Source of the DNA: Candidatus Dormiibacterota bacterium
GTDB taxonomy: Bacteria > Chloroflexota > Dormibacteria > Aeolococcales > Aeolococcaceae
Length of the DNA stretch: 64,000 nt
NCBI GenBank assembly: GCA_963718525.1
Contig: OY970355.1
Location: 1,056,001 to 1,120,000 of the forward strand
Direction of reading: 5' to 3'
This document shows positions 33,038-42,129 of the stretch, piece by piece (positions within the stretch are counted from its first letter, which is position 1; each line of letters starts with the position of its first letter). Under the pieces are notes generated by a model, which saw only the letters and a program-made list of their open reading frames with translations, did no database searches and was not told the origin of the DNA. The translations under genes were made by a program, and so were the position numbers.

Positions 33038-33841
33038 ATGCGTGACGTGTGGGCCGTCAAACCGGGATCCAAGGTCGACATCTCGACACTCGACCCGGCG
33101 GACACGCGTGCGCTGAAGGGCGGGCACAGAGAAGCCGACGCAGCACTCAACGCTGACAGGGCTGCGCTGATCGAATGGCAGACGCGCCTGTGGGCCGAGA
33201 GCAAGCGCTCGTTGCTGCTGATCGTCCAGGGCACCGATGCATCCGGAAAGGACGGCACGATTGCCCATGTGTTCAGCGGTGTCAACCCGCAGGGCACCCG
33301 CGTCACCGCATTCAAAGTGCCCACCGCGGAAGAGCTCGCGCACGACTTCCTCTGGCGCGTTCATCGAGCGGCGCCGCGTGCAGGAGAGATCGGCATCTTC
33401 AATCGGTCCCAGTACGAGGACGTCCTGGTGGCACGCGTGCGCAAGCTCGTCCCGAAGCATGTATGGAAGCAGCGCTACGACGACATCAATGCCTTCGAGT
33501 CGCTGCTCAGCGAAGGCGGCACGACGATCATCAAGTGCTGCCTGCTCATCTCCAAGGACGAGCAGCGCCGGAGGTTTGAAGAGCGCCTCAAAGATCCCCA
33601 GAAACGCTGGAAGTTTCAGCGCGGTGACCTCGAGGATCGAGCCCTCTGGAATCAGTACCAGACCGCATATTCCGAAGCGATCGAACGAACGTCAACGAAA
33701 GCGGCCCCGTGGTACGTGATTCCGGCGGATCTCAAGTGGTATCGCAACTGGGCGGTGAGCCGGCTCCTCATCGAAACGCTCAGCGAGATGGATCCGAAAT
33801 ACCCCGATCCGACCGACCTCGCAGGGCTGACGATAACTTGA
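33038..33841 (+). CDS. ppk2: Polyphosphate kinase 2 family protein
   Basis: QGTDASGKDG Walker A, HDFLWR, FNRSQYE and APWYVIPAD. Confidence 0.93.
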   Translation: MRDVWAVKPGSKVDISTLDPADTRALKGGHREADAALNADRAALIEWQTRLWAESKRSLLLIVQGTDASGKDGTIAHVFSGVNPQGTRVTAFKVPTAEELAHDFLWRVHRAAPRAGEIGIFNRSQYEDVLVARVRKLVPKHVWKQRYDDINAFESLLSEGGTTIIKCCLLISKDEQRRRFEERLKDPQKRWKFQRGDLEDRALWNQYQTAYSEAIERTSTKAAPWYVIPADLKWYRNWAVSRLLIETLSEMDPKYPDPTDLAGLTIT

Positions 33842-33864
33842 TCCGCTGCAGCTGACCGGTTGCG

Positions 33865-34413
33865 TCACGCGGGCCGATGGGCGATCCATACCATGTGGCA
33901 TCCGGTGCTCGCCGGCGAATCCGTCGCGGCCGGGATGACGCGGTCGAGCCGGAAACCAAGCCTTCGCGGAACGCCCGCACTCGCGATGTTGGCTTGGTCG
34001 CAATGGATTTCGACCCGATGCACGCCGGGAAGCGCGAATGCGGCATCGGTGAGCAGACGCGATGCGGCCGTGGCGATGCCACGACGCCGATATCCGGCGT
34101 GAATCCAGTAGCCGATCTCCAGCGCTTCCGGACCGATGCGGGGCATCAGGCCACATCCGCCCACGAAGAGACCGGAATCGCGCAGCGTGATCGCGTAGTT
34201 GGCGGCTGCGTCGCCGCCGAATTGCGCCACGGAGGGCCCGAGAAATGCCATGACCGACGCGTCCGTCGGTGCTGTCTGCGCCCAGGGCATCCATTGCCGG
34301 AGGCTGTCAAGGCTCGCCGCGATTGCGTCCTTGAGGGCTGCGCCGTCGGTGAATCGGTAACGGCGCAGCACCACCGTGTCACCGCGCAACGCTTCGGGAG
34401 GGTGGAACTGCAT
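33865..34413 (-). CDS. GNAT N-acetyltransferase (RimJ/RimL-like)
   Basis: LRQWMPW, EIGYWI..YRRRGIA and NIASAGVPRRLGF motifs. Confidence 0.9.
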   Translation of the reverse strand: MQFHPPEALRGDTVVLRRYRFTDGAALKDAIAASLDSLRQWMPWAQTAPTDASVMAFLGPSVAQFGGDAAANYAITLRDSGLFVGGCGLMPRIGPEALEIGYWIHAGYRRRGIATAASRLLTDAAFALPGVHRVEIHCDQANIASAGVPRRLGFRLDRVIPAATDSPASTGCHMVWIAHRPA

Positions 34414-34442
34414 ACGAGAGATTCTCTCGTTCCAGCCGCACG

Positions 34443-34521
34443 TGGCGACCCCGATCGGATTCGAACCGACGATCTCCACCTTGACAGGGTGGCGTGTTAG
34501 GCCAGGCTACACCACGGGGCC
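34443..34521 (-). tRNA. tRNA-Asp (GTC)
   Basis: Cloverleaf GGCCCCG...CCACC-CTGTCAA-GGTGG...GTTCGAATC...CGGGGTCG-CCA with encoded CCA. Extended -10 TGCTATGAT at 34542-34534. Confidence 0.97.
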
Positions 34522-34545
34522 GCGAAGCACCCGATCATAGCAACC

Positions 34546-35022
34546 ATGCCTCGCCGCCCCATGCGCCCCAACGAGATCTCGTCCGGAGGCGTGGTGGTGC
34601 GACGATGCATCGACGGCTATGAGATCTGCCTTGTGAGCGATGGCAAGTACTGGGGGTTCCCCAAGGGCCACGTCGAGCCTGGAGAAACGCCGGAGGCAGC
34701 GGCGCTGCGCGAGGTCTCCGAGGAGACGGGCATCCCCATCCAATTGCTGGCTATCCGTTCCCCACTGCCCGCGACCGAGTATGTGTACCGGCGGCCGAAC
34801 CACGGTCCCCTGGTCTTCAAACGCGTCCATCACTTCATCGTCGAGGCGCCCGCCGACGCGGAGCTGAACCCCGATCCCGCTGAGATCGCTGAGGCCGTAT
34901 GGCTTGGGTTCGATGCGGCGAGAGCCCGGGTCAGCTTCAAGAGCAGCGTCGAGATCCTCGATGCGGCGCGGAGCGCCCTCGAGCCGGAGCCCCCGGAAGG
35001 GACGCGTTCGAGCGCGCCGTAG
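34546..35022 (+). CDS. NUDIX hydrolase
   Basis: Nudix box GHVEPGETPEAAALREVSEETG. Confidence 0.92.
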   Translation: MPRRPMRPNEISSGGVVVRRCIDGYEICLVSDGKYWGFPKGHVEPGETPEAAALREVSEETGIPIQLLAIRSPLPATEYVYRRPNHGPLVFKRVHHFIVEAPADAELNPDPAEIAEAVWLGFDAARARVSFKSSVEILDAARSALEPEPPEGTRSSAP

Positions 35023-35033
35023 AATCGGGCCGA

Positions 35034-36233
35034 ATGCAATTGTTCGACACCGCTCGCCGGGAGGTGGTGCCCTTCGAGCCGCTGGGCGGACGGGTCGGCA
35101 TCTACGTCTGCGGCATCACGCCCTACAACTCGGCGCACCTCGGCCACGCCTTCGTCTACCACGTCTTCGACGTCCTGCATCGCCGGTTTCGTGCGGCGGG
35201 CATTGGCGTGCGGAGCGTCCGCAACATCACCGATGTCGACGACGACATCCTTCGGGTCGCACGTGAGCGGGGCATGGACTTCCGAGAGCTCGCCACCGAG
35301 CAGGTGCGGATGTTTGACCACGACATGGCTGCGATCGGCCTCCTCCCCGTTGACGCAGCGCCGCGCGCAACCGAACACGTGGAGGAGATGGTCGAATGGA
35401 TCGCAAGGCTCGTCGAGGGCGGTTACGCGTATGCCGTCGACGGCTGGGTCTTCTTCGAGTCGGGCGTCTACCCCGACTACGGACGGCTCAGTCACCTGGA
35501 CCACGCGACCATGACTGCGCTGAGCCGGGAGCGCGGCGGAGACCCCGACGACCCACGCAAACGCCATCCCCTTGACTTCGTGCTCTGGCAGTCGTCGGCC
35601 CCGTCCGAGCCGAGCTGGCCGAGCCCATGGGGCCCCGGCCGCCCGGGCTGGCACATCGAGTGCACCGTGATGGCCACCGGCACGCTGGGACACCCCATCG
35701 ACATCCACGGCGGGGGTGAGGACCTGATCTATCCGCACCACGAGTCGGAGATCGCCCAGGCCGAGGCGGGCGGGGTGGCGCCGTACGTGCGCCAGTGGAC
35801 CCACGTGGCCATGGTCAACCTCGACGGCGTGAAGATGAGCAAGTCGCTGGGCAACCTCGTCTTCGTGCGCGACCTGCTCGGCCGCGTCCCTGGCCCCGCG
35901 GTGCGCCTCTTGCTCGCAGCGCATCACTACCGGCAGTCCTGGTCCTACAAGGACAGCGAGGTCGATACCGCGGCAGCGCGGTACCGTCGGTACCTGGCCG
36001 CGATGCAGGGTGGTGGCGCGCTCAGCCACGAGGCAGCGGAGGAGCACGAGCGCCGATTCTTCGAACGCCTCGACGACGACCTCGACACTCCCGGGGCGCT
36101 CAAGGAGCTCGACGCCATCGCGGACGAGCTCTCGGGCGACGGCGCCGCGGCCGCACCTGGTCCGGAGGGCCAGCAGCAACTCGGAAGGTTGCTGGGAGTC
36201 CTCGGCGCCGAGACCGAGGCAGTTCCTGTTTGA
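35034..36233 (+). CDS. mshC: MshC-like cysteine ligase (CysRS paralogue lacking the anticodon-binding domain)
   Basis: CGITPY, HLGH, NITDVDD, ERGGDP, GRPGWHIEC and KMSKS motifs; only ~400 aa. Confidence 0.72.
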   Translation: MQLFDTARREVVPFEPLGGRVGIYVCGITPYNSAHLGHAFVYHVFDVLHRRFRAAGIGVRSVRNITDVDDDILRVARERGMDFRELATEQVRMFDHDMAAIGLLPVDAAPRATEHVEEMVEWIARLVEGGYAYAVDGWVFFESGVYPDYGRLSHLDHATMTALSRERGGDPDDPRKRHPLDFVLWQSSAPSEPSWPSPWGPGRPGWHIECTVMATGTLGHPIDIHGGGEDLIYPHHESEIAQAEAGGVAPYVRQWTHVAMVNLDGVKMSKSLGNLVFVRDLLGRVPGPAVRLLLAAHHYRQSWSYKDSEVDTAAARYRRYLAAMQGGGALSHEAAEEHERRFFERLDDDLDTPGALKELDAIADELSGDGAAAAPGPEGQQQLGRLLGVLGAETEAVPV

Positions 36234-36237
36234 GGGG

Positions 36238-36933
36238 TCAGCGGCCCCAGGGCGCGCGGTCGCCGCGAGCCCGGAAACGCAGCACTGCCGACGAGATGTT
36301 CTCCTCGAGGAACCGGTAGAAGAGCTGGCGCTGCGAAATGTCGATCGCAGCCTCGACCTCCTGGCCCTCGCGACGCCGTGCGATCCACGGCGGGACGCCG
36401 TCCGCGACCATCTCGGTACCGACGCGGACGTGCACCAGCGAGTCGTTGTCCTCGCTCACGTGCACGGTGACCTTGAGGATGAGGCCCGTGTGTTCGACGA
36501 TCCGCCAGCTCCGTTCCCAGCGAGCCTTGCGAGCCGGGTCATGAGCAAGACGGACGGATTCGTCGACGATGACGCTCTCGCCGCTTCGGGCTGCGCGGCC
36601 GAGGAGGCGCCGGATGCTCTGATCGAGATCGCGAGCGATCCAGTTGACGAGCGAGGGGGCGCGATCATTGAGGTCAGGAAAGCCGTTCGGATCCTTGGCC
36701 AGCTCGCCGATGGCCTGCACGGTGCCGGCATGACGGCGGCAGTAGCTGATCCCCGAGAACGCCACGCTGTGCGCCGGGCAGAACGACGCCGTACACGGCC
36801 GCCCGCGCCGGTCGCGGTACGCGCAGAGCTGGGCATTGCTGTTGGTGCATCCGCGCAGGCCGCAGGGTCGGGCCGTGGAAACGGAAATGCCATTGCCGGT
36901 GTTGTGCGGGCTGGGCTGGTACACGGTGGTCAT
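36238..36933 (-). CDS. Hypothetical protein with N-terminal Cys/His putative zinc-binding domain
   Basis: C-x4-C-x7-C-x9-C-x4-C-x2-H-x9-C-x2-H pattern; directly downstream of aroF. Confidence 0.65.
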   Translation of the reverse strand: MTTVYQPSPHNTGNGISVSTARPCGLRGCTNSNAQLCAYRDRRGRPCTASFCPAHSVAFSGISYCRRHAGTVQAIGELAKDPNGFPDLNDRAPSLVNWIARDLDQSIRRLLGRAARSGESVIVDESVRLAHDPARKARWERSWRIVEHTGLILKVTVHVSEDNDSLVHVRVGTEMVADGVPPWIARRREGQEVEAAIDISQRQLFYRFLEENISSAVLRFRARGDRAPWGR

Positions 36934-36956
36934 CGGCGGAACTCCACGCGACGATC

Positions 36957-38009
36957 CTACCCCCCGCTTGCCGCCCTCACCGGTGACGGAGCTGTTGCGA
37001 CCTGTCGATCCAGTGCGACGGCCAGACGGCGAATCGATCCCATCAGCTCCGCGAACGCCGCCGGCGTCAGCGACTGGGCGCCGTCGCTCAAGGCCCGCTC
37101 TGGATCGGGATGCACCTCGATCATCAGGCCGTCGGCGCCTGCCGCGAACGCTGCCCGTGCCATCGGGGGGACGAGAGGGCGGTGGCCCGTGGCATGGGAG
37201 GGATCGACGATAACCGGCAGGTGGGAGAGCGACTTCACCACGGGCACGGCGCTCAGGTCGAGGGTGTTGCGCGTCGCCGCCTCGAACGTGCGGATGCCGC
37301 GCTCGCACAGCACCACGTTGGGGTTGCCGTGGGCGACCACATACTCGGCGGCGAGCAGCCATTCCTCGATGGTGTTGCTCAGTCCTCGCTTGAGCAGGAC
37401 CGGCCGGCGCGCGCCTCCCACCGCCTCGAGCAATGCGAAGTTCTGCGCGTTCCGCGTCCCCACCTGCAGCATGTCCGCATATTCAGAGACGAGGTCGACG
37501 TCCGCCGGCGTCAGCACCTCGGTCACCACCGGCAGCCCCGTCGCCTCACGAGCATCGGCGAGATGGCGCAGGCCGTCCAACCCGAGCCCCCGAAATGAGT
37601 ACGGGGACGACCGCGGCTTGAAGGCGCCACCGCGGAACATCGTCGCGCCCGCGTCGGCGACGTCGCGCGCTGTCGCAAGCACCTGATCGCGGCTCTCGAC
37701 GGCACATGGACCCGCGATGACGACCAGTGACCCGTCGCCGAACCGTACGCCGGAGGCATCGACCACCGTCGCCTCGGGGTGCCACTCGCGGGTGACCTGC
37801 TTGTAAGGCTTGCTCACAGGGATCGCGTCGACGACACCGGGAAGATCGCAGATGGCGTCCCGTATCGATCCCGGATTGCTGCCGAGGACGCCGATCGCGA
37901 GACGATCCGCGCCGGGCAGCTCGATCGGCTCGAAGCCACGTTCACGCACGTGCTTGATGACATTGGCAACCTGCTGGGGCGTTGCCTGCACGTTCATGAC
38001 GATCAGCAT
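36957..38009 (-). CDS. aroF: DAHP synthase (type I-beta, N-terminal regulatory domain)
   Basis: [34 protein letters not shown] and DPSH motifs. Confidence 0.95.
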   Translation of the reverse strand: MLIVMNVQATPQQVANVIKHVRERGFEPIELPGADRLAIGVLGSNPGSIRDAICDLPGVVDAIPVSKPYKQVTREWHPEATVVDASGVRFGDGSLVVIAGPCAVESRDQVLATARDVADAGATMFRGGAFKPRSSPYSFRGLGLDGLRHLADAREATGLPVVTEVLTPADVDLVSEYADMLQVGTRNAQNFALLEAVGGARRPVLLKRGLSNTIEEWLLAAEYVVAHGNPNVVLCERGIRTFEAATRNTLDLSAVPVVKSLSHLPVIVDPSHATGHRPLVPPMARAAFAAGADGLMIEVHPDPERALSDGAQSLTPAAFAELMGSIRRLAVALDRQVATAPSPVRAASGG

Positions 38010-38034
38010 CGCCTGATCCTACGAGAACCAGGGC

Positions 38035-38613
38035 TCACCCCCACGTCCAGGCGTTCAGGATTCCCTGCAAGCCGGCGCCGTCCAGGCTGAACGTGGCCTG
38101 GGGCGCGGTGAGAGCAATCTCGTAGGTGTTGCCCGCCTGATTCACCACCATGATCTCGTGCTCCAGCGCGACGCCGCCCGGAGTTCCGCTCGCAGGAACA
38201 CCGCTGACAAAGGTCACGAGCACGCCGGAAACACCATCGATGTCGACGGGCTCAGGCTGGCTGACGCTCGTCGAGCCGGCCGGTATCACGCTGGTCAGAT
38301 ACTGCGACAGCTGATCGTCGGCAACCGGCGTCGGCGCCGTCCTGGCAACCACGAGGCCGTGATCCGGTGCGGTCAGGATCATGAGCACGGTGCCGGCGCC
38401 GCTCGCCGCGGTGACGGCGCTCTGATTCGTGGTCTCGTCCTGCCACCCCGGAGGGATGTTGGTGCGAAATCCCGTTCCGGCAAACGGCGACGGTGCCACC
38501 GTGGGAGTCGATCCCGCCGATGTGCTCGAGCTCGGGGTCACGGTTGGCGTGCTCCCAGCGCACGCGCTCACCAGCAGCATCGCAGCGCATGCGCCCACCG
38601 TCAGGGCGTGCAT
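38035..38613 (-). CDS. Hypothetical lipoprotein (possibly PsbP/Mog1-like fold)
   Basis: Lipobox VSAC, Ser/Thr/Pro linker and FRTNIPPGW motif. Confidence 0.65.
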   Translation of the reverse strand: MHALTVGACAAMLLVSACAGSTPTVTPSSSTSAGSTPTVAPSPFAGTGFRTNIPPGWQDETTNQSAVTAASGAGTVLMILTAPDHGLVVARTAPTPVADDQLSQYLTSVIPAGSTSVSQPEPVDIDGVSGVLVTFVSGVPASGTPGGVALEHEIMVVNQAGNTYEIALTAPQATFSLDGAGLQGILNAWTWG

Positions 38614-38696
38614 GGAGGCGGAGGGCAAGGTCACGTCTCCGAGGATAGCCGAGCGATCCCGCCTGAGCAGGTGCCGATGCGAGGAGAATCCCACGC

Positions 38697-39521
38697 ATGG
38701 CAACGAGCTCCGCCCTCCGTGTCACGCGGCTCGGACCTGCGCACGCACATCAGCTCACCTCGCTCATCGACCGCGAGCCGGTCACGAACGTCTACCTGCG
38801 CAGCGAGCTGCGGCTTGGTTTCGAGGCCGGCGACTGGTGGGGCGCATTCGACGACGGCGCGCTGACCTCCGTGGTGCTCGGCTGGTCGCTGGTGGTGCCG
38901 TACATCCCGGATCCCGGCGCCGCACCGGCGCTCGCGCAGGCGCTCACCAGCAGCGCGCAGCCGCGCATGGTCGTCGGCCACAGGTCATCCGTCATGGCTC
39001 TGCACAACGCGTTTCGACCGCCTCGTCCGGCGCGCGAACTGCGCGATCCCCAGCCGCTCATGGTCCTTGATCGCGGCGATCTCAACGGCACGCCCTCTGA
39101 AGAGGTCCGTCTCTCCACACCGAGCGACCTCGAGGCGCTCATCGTCGCAGCGGCGCGGATGCACCGTGAGGAGATGGGCGTCGACCCGCTCGTGGTCGAT
39201 GCGCCGGCGTGGCGGATGCGCATGCTCAGCCTGATTGATCGACGCTGGAGCTGGATCTGGATGCGCGATCACGAGGTGCTGTTCAAGGCCGAGCTGTCGG
39301 CATGGACGCCCGACGTGGTGCAGATTCAGGGCGTCTACACCGCTCCGAAGTATCGTGGCCAGGGAGTCGCACGCGCGGGCCTCGCCGCGGTGTGCACGCA
39401 CGTCTTCAAGGACGTGCCGCGCTGCAGCCTCTACGTCAATGAGTACAACGTGATCGCGCAGCGCGTGTACCAGCGGCTGGGATTCACATCCACGGACGTG
39501 TTCGCCACAGTGATGTACTAA
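38697..39521 (+). CDS. GNAT acetyltransferase (DUF4081-associated type)
   Basis: EEMGVDP, FKAEL, QIQGVYTAPKYRGQGVA and SLYVN motifs. Confidence 0.88.
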   Translation: MATSSALRVTRLGPAHAHQLTSLIDREPVTNVYLRSELRLGFEAGDWWGAFDDGALTSVVLGWSLVVPYIPDPGAAPALAQALTSSAQPRMVVGHRSSVMALHNAFRPPRPARELRDPQPLMVLDRGDLNGTPSEEVRLSTPSDLEALIVAAARMHREEMGVDPLVVDAPAWRMRMLSLIDRRWSWIWMRDHEVLFKAELSAWTPDVVQIQGVYTAPKYRGQGVARAGLAAVCTHVFKDVPRCSLYVNEYNVIAQRVYQRLGFTSTDVFATVMY

Positions 39522-39535
39522 GCGGTAGAGCATCC

Positions 39536-39997
39536 ATGATCGAGACACGCGCCGACGTCACACTGCCCGTCACCCCCGAAGAAGCCTTCGCGGTGGTGGC
39601 GGACATCGAGCATGCTGACTGGCTTCCAGCCATCCGCCGGCTTCGACACATCGGGGGGCCGTCCGGCGGGGTTGGTGCGCGGTACGAGGTCGAGGCGGGG
39701 CTCGTGGGCCGCCACCTGCGCGGGGTGCTCGTCTGCACCGAGCTGACGCCGCCGATACGGATGGTGCTGACCCTCGAGGAGGGTTTGGATCTGACCCTCG
39801 AGGTCACCATCCGCAAGGTGACAGGCGGCTGTTCGGTGGTGATGGCGGCGCGATACTCGGTGAGCGGCCGCCCGTTTGCGGGTGCGGTCGAGCTCGCCTC
39901 TCAGGGCGCCGCGCGACGCGAGACCGCCCGTGCCTGCGAGCAGCTGGCGGCACGGTTTGGTCGCAAGAGCGGTAGCGTCGAGAGCGCCGCACGGTGA
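39536..39997 (+). CDS. SRPBCC family protein
   Basis: PEEAFAVVADIEHADWLP and GVGARY motifs. Confidence 0.78.
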   Translation: MIETRADVTLPVTPEEAFAVVADIEHADWLPAIRRLRHIGGPSGGVGARYEVEAGLVGRHLRGVLVCTELTPPIRMVLTLEEGLDLTLEVTIRKVTGGCSVVMAARYSVSGRPFAGAVELASQGAARRETARACEQLAARFGRKSGSVESAAR

Positions 39998-40001
39998 TCG
40001 A

Positions 40002-40580
40002 ATGACCAAGAGCGAGCTGACCGACGTCGAGATCCTGGACACCAAGGTGCGCACGCTGCCGCCGCTGACCGAGGCGGCCACCGCGGCGCTCCTCGCCGAG
40101 GTCCGGGTCAACGGCCGTGGCCCGGCGCTCGATGAGCTGGTCGAGCATCAGCTCGCGGCCATCATCGCGCTCGCAGAGGCCCGGCGTGGCCAGGGCGTCG
40201 AGGTCGGCGACCTGACCCAGGAGGGGACGATTGCCGGCGTGGTCGCGGTCATGGAGTATGCCGGGCAGGGTGGTCCCGCCTCGGGGCTGGAGCGATTCGT
40301 CAGCCGCCTGGTCGCGTCCCATATGGACGACACCGTCGAGCTCGCTGCGATCGAGCGCGCGAGTGACGAGGCGTTCGTCCGCGACACCGAGATCTATGAG
40401 GCTGCGGAGATCCGCGCTCGTCACGAATTCGGCCGCACCCCGACGGTGCTCGAGCTCGCCGCGGAGCTGGGTTGGCCCGAAGAGCGCGTGGCCATCGTCG
40501 GCACGATCCTCAATGAGGCGAGAGCCCGCTACGACAGCGAGCTCGTCGAATACCTGGACGACGTCGACGAGGAGGAGTAG
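40002..40580 (+). CDS. Degenerate sigma-70-like protein (regions 1.2, 2 and 3; no region 4)
   Basis: LPPLT (1.2), LVEHQL..IIALA (2.1), GDLTQEG (2.2) and GRTPTVLELAAELGW (3); ends in an acidic tail. Confidence 0.75.
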   Translation: MTKSELTDVEILDTKVRTLPPLTEAATAALLAEVRVNGRGPALDELVEHQLAAIIALAEARRGQGVEVGDLTQEGTIAGVVAVMEYAGQGGPASGLERFVSRLVASHMDDTVELAAIERASDEAFVRDTEIYEAAEIRARHEFGRTPTVLELAAELGWPEERVAIVGTILNEARARYDSELVEYLDDVDEEE

Positions 40581-40642
40581 GCGCCGGCGGCGTCAGCTAC
40601 TGGCCGGCGAAGCCTGCTTCTGGGCGTCGATCGGACGCTGAC

Positions 40643-41851
40643 TCAACGGCGGAGATCGTCGCCACGCCAGTCGAGGTCGTGCAATCCGTCGCCGGCCCCG
40701 CGACGAATTGCGCCCTGTCCGAAACGTTCGCGCAGGCGGTCGAGCGTGTGATCGATGCGGTCATTCGCGGGCCGGTCGAAGAGGTCCAGCTGGGGCGCCT
40801 CGGCGAGCCCGCTGACACCGACGCCGAGCAGGCGGACAGCGTCACCGGACCAGGCAGCATCGAGCAATGCGAGCGCCGCGTCGCGGACGGTGGTGTCGGT
40901 CGCCGTCGACGACGCCAGCGTCTCCTGCCGGGTGATCGTCGTGAAGTCCGAGTAGCGGAGCTTCAGCGTCACCGTTCGCGCGGTCCAGCCGCCCGTTCGC
41001 AGGCGCGCCCCGACGTCTCCGGCGAGCTCGGCGACGCGGACGTGCAGGGCGTCACGCTGCGCGACGTCTCGCGCGAACGTCTCTTCGCGAGACACGCTCC
41101 GAGGAGCCCCCGGGACGCTGACCGGCGCGCTGTCGATTCCCTGTGCTCGTTCCCACAGCGAGCCACCGGACGCGCGCCCGACCCGGCGCTGCACCGTGTC
41201 GACCGGAAGGGCCGCGAGCTGCCCGAGCGTGGAGATTCCCAAGCCGCTCAACGCCCGTTCGGCGGCCGGGCCGAGGCCGGGCAATCGCCGGAGCGGCAGC
41301 GGCGCCAGAAAGGCAGCCTCGTCGCCGGGTTCCACGACCACGAACCCGCGTGGCTTGCGAAGGTCGGACGCAATCTTGGCAACGGTCTTGCAGGTCGCCA
41401 CTCCGAAGGACGCGTGGAGCCCGCTGGTGGCCAGGATCCGGTCGCGGATCTCCGCGGCAATGTGTTCTCCGGTGCCGAACCGGCGGGTGGAACCGGTCAC
41501 GTCGAGGAACGCCTCATCGAGGGAGAGCGGCTCGATCACCGGGGTGTAGTCGCGAGCGATGTCGAACACGGTTTTGGAAGCGTCGCGGTAGGCGCGGAAG
41601 TCGACCGGTACCACGATGGCCTGGGGGCAGATCCGGAGCGCGGTGCGGAGCGGCATCGCCGAGTGGACTCCGAACACTCGCGCTTCATAGGACGCGGCGC
41701 TGACCACGCCGCGGTTCAGCTGCGCGGTTCCATCGCCCGACGGCGCTCCGCCGACGATGACCGGGCGCCCGCGCAACTCCGGCCGGCGCAACTGTTCGAC
41801 CGAGGCGTAGAACGCGTCCAAGTCGAGGTGAATGATCGCGCGGTGCGTCAC
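40643..41851 (-). CDS. dinB: DNA polymerase IV
   Basis: IIHLDLDAFYASVE, SAASYEAR, SLDEAFLD, AKIASDLRKP and QLDLF (clamp-binding). Alternative start 41866. Confidence 0.95.
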   Translation of the reverse strand: MTHRAIIHLDLDAFYASVEQLRRPELRGRPVIVGGAPSGDGTAQLNRGVVSAASYEARVFGVHSAMPLRTALRICPQAIVVPVDFRAYRDASKTVFDIARDYTPVIEPLSLDEAFLDVTGSTRRFGTGEHIAAEIRDRILATSGLHASFGVATCKTVAKIASDLRKPRGFVVVEPGDEAAFLAPLPLRRLPGLGPAAERALSGLGISTLGQLAALPVDTVQRRVGRASGGSLWERAQGIDSAPVSVPGAPRSVSREETFARDVAQRDALHVRVAELAGDVGARLRTGGWTARTVTLKLRYSDFTTITRQETLASSTATDTTVRDAALALLDAAWSGDAVRLLGVGVSGLAEAPQLDLFDRPANDRIDHTLDRLRERFGQGAIRRGAGDGLHDLDWRGDDLRR

Positions 41852-41875
41852 GAGCGCACGCCACACGGCCCCGCG

Positions 41876-42127
41876 TCAGTTGCCCGTGTGCTGCCTCCAC
41901 TCATCGATGTCCGCCTCACGCACATAGCCTGCGCGAATCATCAGCTCCATGTACGGAACGGCGAGATGCGGTGCAGCTCGACGCAGCACCCACGGCGGCG
42001 GGTTGTCCTTGTTCTTGTTGACGCTCTGATAGAAGTAGATCTGATTCAGATCGCACAGAAGGGCAAGCCTGTGTAAGGAAATCCCCCTCTCCGCGCACCG
42101 TTCTTTGATGTATTCCTTGAACTCCAC
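41876..42127 (-). CDS. Small XRE-like helix-turn-helix protein
   Basis: RGISLHRLA...PPPWVLRRAAPHLAVPYMELMIRAGY pattern; TATACT lies 10 nt upstream. Confidence 0.72.
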   Translation of the reverse strand: MEFKEYIKERCAERGISLHRLALLCDLNQIYFYQSVNKNKDNPPPWVLRRAAPHLAVPYMELMIRAGYVREADIDEWRQHTGN

Positions 42128-42129
42128 GC

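Noticed and set aside
33842-34521. Genomic island integrated at tRNA-Asp
   Set aside because: No integrase, no duplicated tRNA 3' end and no clear compositional shift.
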